Assembly (NCBI GenBank): GCA_951406725.2
Contig: OX597820.1
Span: 66,030,001-66,094,000, forward strand
Origin: Octopus vulgaris
Lineage: Eukaryota
Length of the DNA stretch: 64,000 nucleotides
Direction of reading: 5' to 3'
A model generated the notes under the pieces. The model searched no databases. It saw only the letters and a program-made list of their open reading frames with translations, and was not told where the DNA came from. The translations under genes and the position numbers were made by a program. Below, piece after piece: positions 56,083 to 64,000 of this stretch. Within the stretch, counting starts at the first letter, position 1. Each line of letters starts with the position of its first letter.

Positions 56083-56869
56083 GTTTTTTTGTGATATTTT
56101 TGTGATATTTTCCGCAGCTTTAATAATAAAGCATATTACTCTACCTCATACAAATATATACATTTACATACATATATATTTATATCGATATATATACATA
56201 CACGCTATGTACACGCACGCACGCACACACACACATGCATACGTATGTACATAAATACGTATGTACGTGTATGTATATGTGTTTTTATATGTATACCCTA
56301 CAAATGCCATGTTATAATAATATTTAGCTAATTTATTTAGCTAATCCATGTATTTATTCGTTCCCAGTCTGCGTACGTATATATCCAGATACGCATACAT
56401 ATATCTCGGAACACGCATCAGTCATCTAACAGATTATGTTTTGTACCGATATGTACCATTCTGATCAAATTAATGAAATGCATTTTTATTCGTTCTCTTA
56501 CTGAACATTGTATGGCTTTTCTGAGAATATTCAATGATTAAAGCGAAAATATCTCGAATACAATTGATCCACCAGCCATGGGCAATTAAAAAGCACTTGC
56601 CTTTGGTAGTCTGAATAATACCAGTTTTATAGGGTTGCTTGATTGGTCATAGATGCCTGTGTCCCTTCTGGGGTTTCTGTATTATAAAGTTTTATTTCAT
56701 TATGTAATTATGTCTGTTGGCCCCCTTTGATTTTTTTTTCAATCACACAAAATCGATGTAAAAGTTCCCATGTATTGTATTTCGTCTTTGTAATTATTTT
56801 TACTGCATATTTTTACTGGACAACTGAGCCCATTTCTGTGTACCTTGGGTATATACAATGTTTTGCTTT

Positions 56870-57270
56870 CGTTCTCTGATGTCTATTATGTATTGTGCCG
56901 TGCTATTTTCTATATATCCTATATAAGTTAAACCCTGTGGTTTTGATTATACAGCGGTATCATTTTCAATAATTCCCAGAGCAGCTAACATGTTAGGAAT
57001 TGTTTCTGTTTTCAATCCAAACATTCTGGTTAGGTCTACATCCAGTTATCTATACTGAGATAATTTTCTCCGCTTCTTCTCAGAAAATGCTATGTAAGAA
57101 AGTCTTTAAAATATTTACACGTTCTAACATATCGTTATTTTCTAGAACGTACCTATGCCTATCCTTATAGGTAATCTGACAATATCATTACAGAAATAGG
57201 TATGTGACACAGTATTTGTGTCAATTATAAACAGCAATAAAATATCAGCATAGTTTGTATGAAATATTGT
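56870..57270 (-). mobile_element. R4/Dong-type LINE C-terminal remnant
   Basis: EKKRRKLSQYR*LDVDLTRMFGLKTETIPNMLAALGII resembles the K..KY.DL..E..RMW...T..IP..VGALG motif. Confidence 0.7.
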
Positions 57271-57336
<66 letters not shown>

Positions 57337-57384
57337 CTCAGTTATTTTTTATAATGTCAAAACAATACAAGTTATAAAAATTAA

Positions 57385-57567
57385 TCTTTTCTATGATAAG
57401 AACAAGGCCTGCGATTTTGTGGGAGGGGGCTAGTCGATTACATCTACCCCAGTACTCAATGGTACTTATTTTATCTACCCCGAAAAGCAAAGTCGACATC
57501 GGCGAAATTTGAATTCAGAACATAAAAACTGACGAAATGCCGTGCAACCGATTCTGCCAGCTCGCCT
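57385..57567 (-). mobile_element. SINE family B, decayed
   Basis: agtcgattacatctaccccagtac...aaagtcgac..ggcgaaatttgaattcagaac. Confidence 0.75.
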
Positions 57568-57694
57568 CATATTTGTTTGCACTTTTACCTTGTATTTCAA
57601 TCGTTCAAGATTAGGACTCCTTCTTCAGGAAACTTTCAATGGGATAGAGCTGTGAGCTGACTCCTTTGTTCTGTGGTTTGTATAAGGTATTGTA

Positions 57695-57928
57695 TAACGT
57701 GTTCAAAAGTCTCTCCGCAGTAAGTATTTTATGGTTTTCGGGTGATTCTTCTACACTGATCCTTTCCTTGCTCCCCAGAAAAAAAAAATCTAGCGGTGTT
57801 AAATCAGGTGATCTTGGTAGCCAAATTCCCTTCGAAATAATCCGCTCACCGAAAACTCTTGAAGTAGCGTCTTAGTGATGCGAAGGATGAAGAAAATTCA
57901 CCGCGGAGAGACTTTTTTGAACACGCTG
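57695..57928 (-). mobile_element. 234-bp Tc1/mariner deletion derivative with TIRs and TA TSD
   Basis: TIRs cgtgttcaaaagtctctccgcagt / accgcggagagacttttttgaacacg; internal GERIISKGIWLPRSPDLTPLDFF. Confidence 0.8.
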
Positions 57929-58872
57929 TATTTAATTGTTTAATTCAACGGTTAATTCAATATATTTTGTTTAACTTTTCAGTTCGCTTATGCACACTGC
58001 TTCAGTTATTTAGCAACACTATCTCAATACTTAGTACACTGTCATCCCTTTTGTCATAGAGAATAATTGTATCATATTATCTACTGTGATCTAACAGAAA
58101 TTCATATCACATCAAATACTGACTGATGTGTAACATTAGGCATTTCTATATCACAGTATATCAATCTATTCTATTCCTAAGCGCCGCCTTCTCTCAGTAG
58201 GCTGAATATCAAGAATCTCGATTTAGGTTGTCTAAGAACCATGATCCAAAATATGTGCAGTTATGTACGTGGCAGGCTGACAATTCTTTTCAAAGATGCT
58301 GGCCACGTGTCAACAATTCCATCAAGAGAGTTCTTTAGATGTGTCTTACATCTTGCTGTCACGCCTTCTGATTCATTGACCATATTAGGTTTTTGCCATT
58401 TTTGTTTTTGTACACATAAGAGCGACGTCCTCAGCACTGTAACTCTTCCGAGTTTGCTGGTACCTGCTACTTAGTTATGTTCACTTACCAAAGTAAGGTA
58501 CCGTGATGTTGACGTGGCCGTCGGTGCGCACTACAAACTTCTGGGTGCCAGAAGTGATAGTCATGAAGTAACCGAAGGCCAATTCTGTTGTCCACGTCTA
58601 AAGGTTAAAAAAAAAAGGTACTACGCTTTATTTTTACACTTTACACCAAAGATTACAGTATATCAATCACATTGTCGCTTTCTAAGATAAGTGCAGGTTT
58701 ACATGAAGATCAAAGAACTTTATCGCGAAGCACGCAACAGCCAATATTTTGTGTCCAAGTATATTTTGTCGGCGCTCGTTAAAGATTTTGTTAAAATACG
58801 ATGTATTTTGCCGGAAAGTACGCCACACAGACGACTTTAATCCACACTGGAGACGGAATTGTAAATATCCCA

Positions 58873-59105
58873 TTCTTTTATTCTTTTGCTTATTTCAGTC
58901 ATTTGACTGCGGCCATGCTTGAGCACCGCCTTTAGTCGAGCAAATTGACCCCAGGACTTATTCTTTGTAAGCCTAGTACTTATTCTATCGGTCTATTTTA
59001 CCGAACCGCTAACTTACGAAGACCTAAATACACCAATGATGTTGGGGGTGGGGAGAAACAAAGAAACACAAACATACACACGCGCGCACACACGCACACA
59101 CACAT

Positions 59106-59147
<42 letters not shown>

Positions 59148-59588
59148 GACAGGCTTCTTTCAGTTTCTCTCAACCAAATCCACTCACAAGGCTTTGGTCG
59201 ATCCGCGGCTACAGAGGACACTTACCTAAGCTACCACGCAGTGGCACTGAACCCGGAACCATGTGGTTGGTAAGCAAGCTACTTACCACACAGCCACTCC
59301 TGCGCCTTTACCATTCAGTATATTTTGCAGTGATGGCCTGCTCCTCTATCGCAAAATGTTTGCTTCAATCTTCCATTCATTACTTGTTTCAGTCATTTGA
59401 CTGCGGCCATGCTAAAGCACCGCTTTTAGTCGAGCAAATCGACCTCAGAACGTATTCTTTGGAAGCCTAGTACTTATTCTATCGGTCTCTCTTGCCGAAC
59501 CGATAAGTTACGGGGACGTAAACACACCAGCATCGGTTGCCAAGCGATGTTGGGGGACAAACACGGGCACACAAACATATACACGCAT

Positions 59589-59642
<54 letters not shown>

Positions 59643-59840
59643 GATGGGCTTCTTTCAGTTTCCATCTACCAAATCCCCTCACAAGGCTTTGGTCGGCCCT
59701 AGGCTATAGTAGAAGACACTTGCTCAAGGTGCCACGCAGTGGGAATGAACCCGAAACCATGTGGTTGGTAAGCAAGCTAGAGAATACTTGTGAATTAGAA
59801 GGGTTAGTGAGCAACTGTAATATCTGCTTACTTATAACCC

Positions 59841-59892
<52 letters not shown>

Positions 59893-60161
59893 CGCTATAA
59901 TCCCGTTTCACCTTCTTTTCACAGTCAGTCTGCAAGCACAATCTATGGGTGCCAGGCTTACTACATAGTTTCTTTTATTTCTTTATCTTTTATTTTTTTT
60001 ATCTGTTTCGGTTATTGATTGCAGCCATGTTGTATCGCCGCTTTCAAGAGATTTTAGTCAAATACACAGAACCTTGTGCTGACACCATTAGTTTCTTTTG
60101 CCACACTGCAAAGCTACGGTGACGTAAACTAACCAACACTGGTTGTCTAGCGGCGGCAGGA

Positions 60162-60226
<65 letters not shown>

Positions 60227-60357
60227 CTACAAAATCCACTTACAAGGCTTTGGCTAGCCCAGGACTATAGTAGAAGACACTTGCCCAACGTGTAGTGCAG
60301 TGGGACACTAAATCCGAAACCATTTAGTTGACCAGCAACCTTCTTTCCACCCAGCCA
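58873..60357 (-). mobile_element. three successive SINE family A copies (58873-59306, 59380-59779, 59995-60357)
   Basis: Each has tail-microsatellite-head organisation on the minus strand. Confidence 0.85.
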
Positions 60358-60444
60358 TGTTTTATAGTATGGAATATCTTCTACTACAGACCCGAACCGG
60401 CCAAAGCCTTGTAAGTGGATTTAGTAGACAGAAATATATACATA

Positions 60445-60850
60445 GAACGTACAACTTTAGAATATCTATTAATTGTCCCTTGAGGGGCCTTTGTCTACTT
60501 TATAACATTGTATATAAATGTATAGTAACCACAACACATGTTATCTCCAGAACTTACATTGGATTATCGATCGGCTTTAAGCGCCGATTCCTTGCACAAA
60601 TTACTCCTTCTGGAGCACTAACTGTAAACAATCTTCTCCCCTGGCCACCTATACTCGCTAGCTCTAAGAGGAGGGCATTCTTCATGACATTTCCTGGTTT
60701 ATAATTGATTTTGGAATACCGTAAATAGGAAGTTGACCACCATGTCTTTTACGCTGCCGTGAGTCCTTCAAAAAATTTCGTGAGAATGAAGGCCTCGCCG
60801 TTAATAGGTTCTAAGATGTAATTTCTTCCTATAGCCATCAATATTACAAA
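60445..60850 (+). pseudogene. Penelope-like element GIY-YIG endonuclease remnant
   Basis: YNFRISINCPLRGLCLLYNIVYKCIV...RTYIGLSIGFKRRF, then after frameshift YSF...LATYTR*L*EEGILHDISWFI...PCLLRCRE and VNRF*DVISSYSH. Confidence 0.85.
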
Positions 60851-61520
60851 ACTCTTTCATATTGCTATGAATCATTATGTTCTAACGGAATTTGTTTTTC
60901 GTATTCACCTCTCTTCCTTTTCGCCTTTAGCACACTTATTCCTTAATACTCACCCTCTACTGAACTTCTCTTATCTATTGCACTTCGAGAATTTCTCGTC
61001 CTTTACAGACACCGACTCGCTCTTTCCCTCATCTCTTCCCTCTGTTATTAATTCGCCAATATGTCTACATGCCTCGACTTTCCAACTCCCGTATTACTAA
61101 TTTCGCTCTATTTGACTCATACATTTTACAATGCTTATATTTTGACCCAGATAGTGTTTCTATAATCTTTTTGTTACCCCCGCCTCACCCCCACTTGCCG
61201 GTTTGCTATTATTAATTCGTTGGTTTTTCTTTCAGAACTAACATACCGAGTTCCATTTCTCTCACTTTTAATTTTATAGCCATTGAATTGCTTTTCAACT
61301 GCTCTCCTTTGCTTCTTTTATCAATGTTTGTTATATCTTGTTCTGATAGCTGAACATCTTATATTAATCGATTCCCCCTCTACACTCCCTCTACTTTCCT
61401 TCCTTCCTCCGTCCCTAGCTTTATACTTATGATAATTCCTACTCTACTTCCCTCTAGCTTTCCAATTTATAGAACTTACATATATTTATATACATTACCT
61501 CTACAATCCAAATGCCCGGC

Positions 61521-61697
61521 TCTTGTGAAGAGGTTATCGAAATTTAGCTGCACAGTGTTATCAAAATCCTTGATCGTTGATACTTTTATCTTGCTTGTAT
61601 CTATATCTACAACATTGACTCGGTATTGGACTTCATTGCATAATATATATATAGTTTTTATATCAACAGTTATCGATTGTACGAAACAGCTGTAAGA
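61521..61697 (+). ncRNA. degenerate hammerhead motif in the 3' region of the Penelope-like element
   Basis: GTGAAGA at 61525, atcga/tcgat and gttgata/tatcaac pairings, GAAAC-AGCT-GTA-aga at 61683-61697. Confidence 0.55.
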
Positions 61698-61999
61698 AAA
61701 AAAATTCTCTACATTATATAAATCCTATGTGCAACTTTCCATAAAAATACATTCCTTATGCTTATTGTTATTTGCCTATCCTTCAAATAACATTACCTCT
61801 CCAGGATGATCGTACTTAGAGCCGAGTCACTACATCCAGGCTAGAGCTGAGGAAGAAGACCAAGTGTAATATTCGACTTCCTCTTAGCAATACTTGACGA
61901 CTATCTTAATCATGCTTACATAAACATTTTATAACCCATTCTTAATATTTACACATACACACATATACGCTTAACACACGCACATGTATATATGTATAA

Positions 62000-62057
<58 letters not shown>

Positions 62058-62156
62058 TACATAAAACAAATAAAAAATAAACATATGCTATGCGTTCGAG
62101 TTTCGTTTCTCCCAATGAAAGGTAATATAATATTAAGATTTAATTATATATCTTTC

Positions 62157-62158
<2 letters not shown>

Positions 62159-62224
<66 letters not shown>

Positions 62225-62270
62225 GTTATTATTATTATTATTATCATTATTATTATTCTTGTTATTATTA

Positions 62271-62340
<70 letters not shown>

Positions 62341-62373
62341 CATCATCATCATCATCTTCATCATCATTATTAT
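62159..62373. repeat. (ATT)n/(ATC)n microsatellite
   Basis: Direct run. Confidence 0.95.
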
Positions 62374-62793
62374 GATTACTATTTTCTTTCGCCACCATTG
62401 TATGTTGGTCTTATTGCTTTTTTCTTTTCCGTAGGCCTGGTGGCGAGAGGTGGGGTGGTGGTGGTGGTGGTGGTGGTGGGGAGAGATGATTGTTTTTCTG
62501 TTTATTTCTGCTTTGTTGCAACCTAATCTAGAATTGATAAGAAGAATACATGGTTATATTTTAAAATTAAGTGTGAATAACGCAGACAGAAATGACAGAC
62601 AAATGATATGCACATACATAAATATTTGTAGACATACACAGACTTGCATATATTCATACGCACACATAAACATATGTGTGTATGTGTATACGTATATACG
62701 TTTATATATAAGTTGTTTCATACGTATATATATATATATATATATACTTACATATATACATATATATACATATATATATATATGTGTGTGTGT

Positions 62794-62848
<55 letters not shown>

Positions 62849-64000
62849 TGTGTGTGTGTGTGTGTAGGTAGGTATGAAAAAGTATGACAAAGCGATTGGC
62901 TGATGCAAATAATATATACGTTGAATATGATATATTGATTATGCAAATAATGCAGTTCTAGTGATGGCTTCTTTTTTTTTTCAAAGAAAAAAACTTACAT
63001 AATCGATGGCCATGGGAAATTGATTATTTTGATCACAGAACACATTTGTATACATACATAAATATTTATGTATACATACATAAGTACCCACATATGTGTA
63101 CATATGTGTATATATATATATGTGTGTGCATGTGTGTGTGTATGTTTATACATATATATTTTTATATTGATATGTATATACATATGCATATTTGTTTATA
63201 CAAATATACATGTTTTTTATGTACGCGTGTAAATATATATACATATACTTATATATGCGTATACACACACATGAATATATATTATATATACTTACATGTG
63301 TTTATTCATTTATAAAATATATTCATATATATATATATATATTTATATGTATATATATATATATGCTCGTGAGTGTAACCAGCAATAAACTAGAACCCCT
63401 TAAACACGTATTATCCTTGCGAGAATAAGAACCCCTTTGAAGGGCAATCACGCAATAACAATGTGTGGTATAGTATACAGAACAAAACCTGTATAATCCA
63501 AGAAACTTTGAACAAGTTCAACCCTACGATGACTAGTATTTCAAAGAAGGGTAATATCATAACCCCAAGAACACAAAATACCAAAGAGTACATAGCCAAC
63601 AAGCGTGTCAAATTTATGCACTCATCATCAGCTGCTTAGCGGACGTCGTTTTGGTTTTGACACCTGGGCAGTGCTATTCAAAGTGGCGATGTTAATAGCG
63701 TTAAGAATATAAACGCTACCAAGGAAAGAGTTAAACAAGAAGTAGGACCGTAACATTGGTACAATGTCTTCATTACGTATGCAACTGCTAGCTATTACAA
63801 AAAGCATATACAAACATCAAACATCAAACATCAAACATTTATCATTTCATACATAAAGCTGCGAAGAAACTTTTTTTAAATGCAACAGTGTATATATGTC
63901 TGTATATCAAAAGTAGGAGAACAAGGTTTTTAACAGTTCTTTGTTTCCTCTGAGTTTCTTGATGCAGTATTGCAAAACAACAGTTTGCTTTTGACTGTAA

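Overview
AT-rich, microsatellite-saturated eukaryotic non-coding DNA. The SINE complement and simple-repeat density suggest an octopus/coleoid cephalopod genome (inference). No intact protein-coding gene, tRNA, rRNA or CRISPR array is visible, and most listed ORFs are translations of microsatellites or SINEs. The window holds about 20 copies of a tRNA-derived SINE with an internal microsatellite (family A), about 12 units of a second SINE (family B, often stacked head-to-tail) and three rarer SINEs. It also holds decayed mariner/Tc1 elements and MITEs, a Ty3/Gypsy remnant, RTE and R4/Dong-type LINE remnants, and a Penelope-like GIY-YIG endonuclease remnant. The main signal is a set of about 10 short non-coding elements from several families. 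Each carries a type I hammerhead ribozyme (HHR) motif with a palindromic helix III, and most end at a (TA)n tract. One (21435-21932) has a fully intact HHR and a 27-nt terminal direct repeat defining a 471-nt unit, as expected for a retrozyme-like circular RNA. At least three carry a non-canonical CCGANNA core. Coordinates and pairings were read by eye; decayed-element boundaries are approximate.
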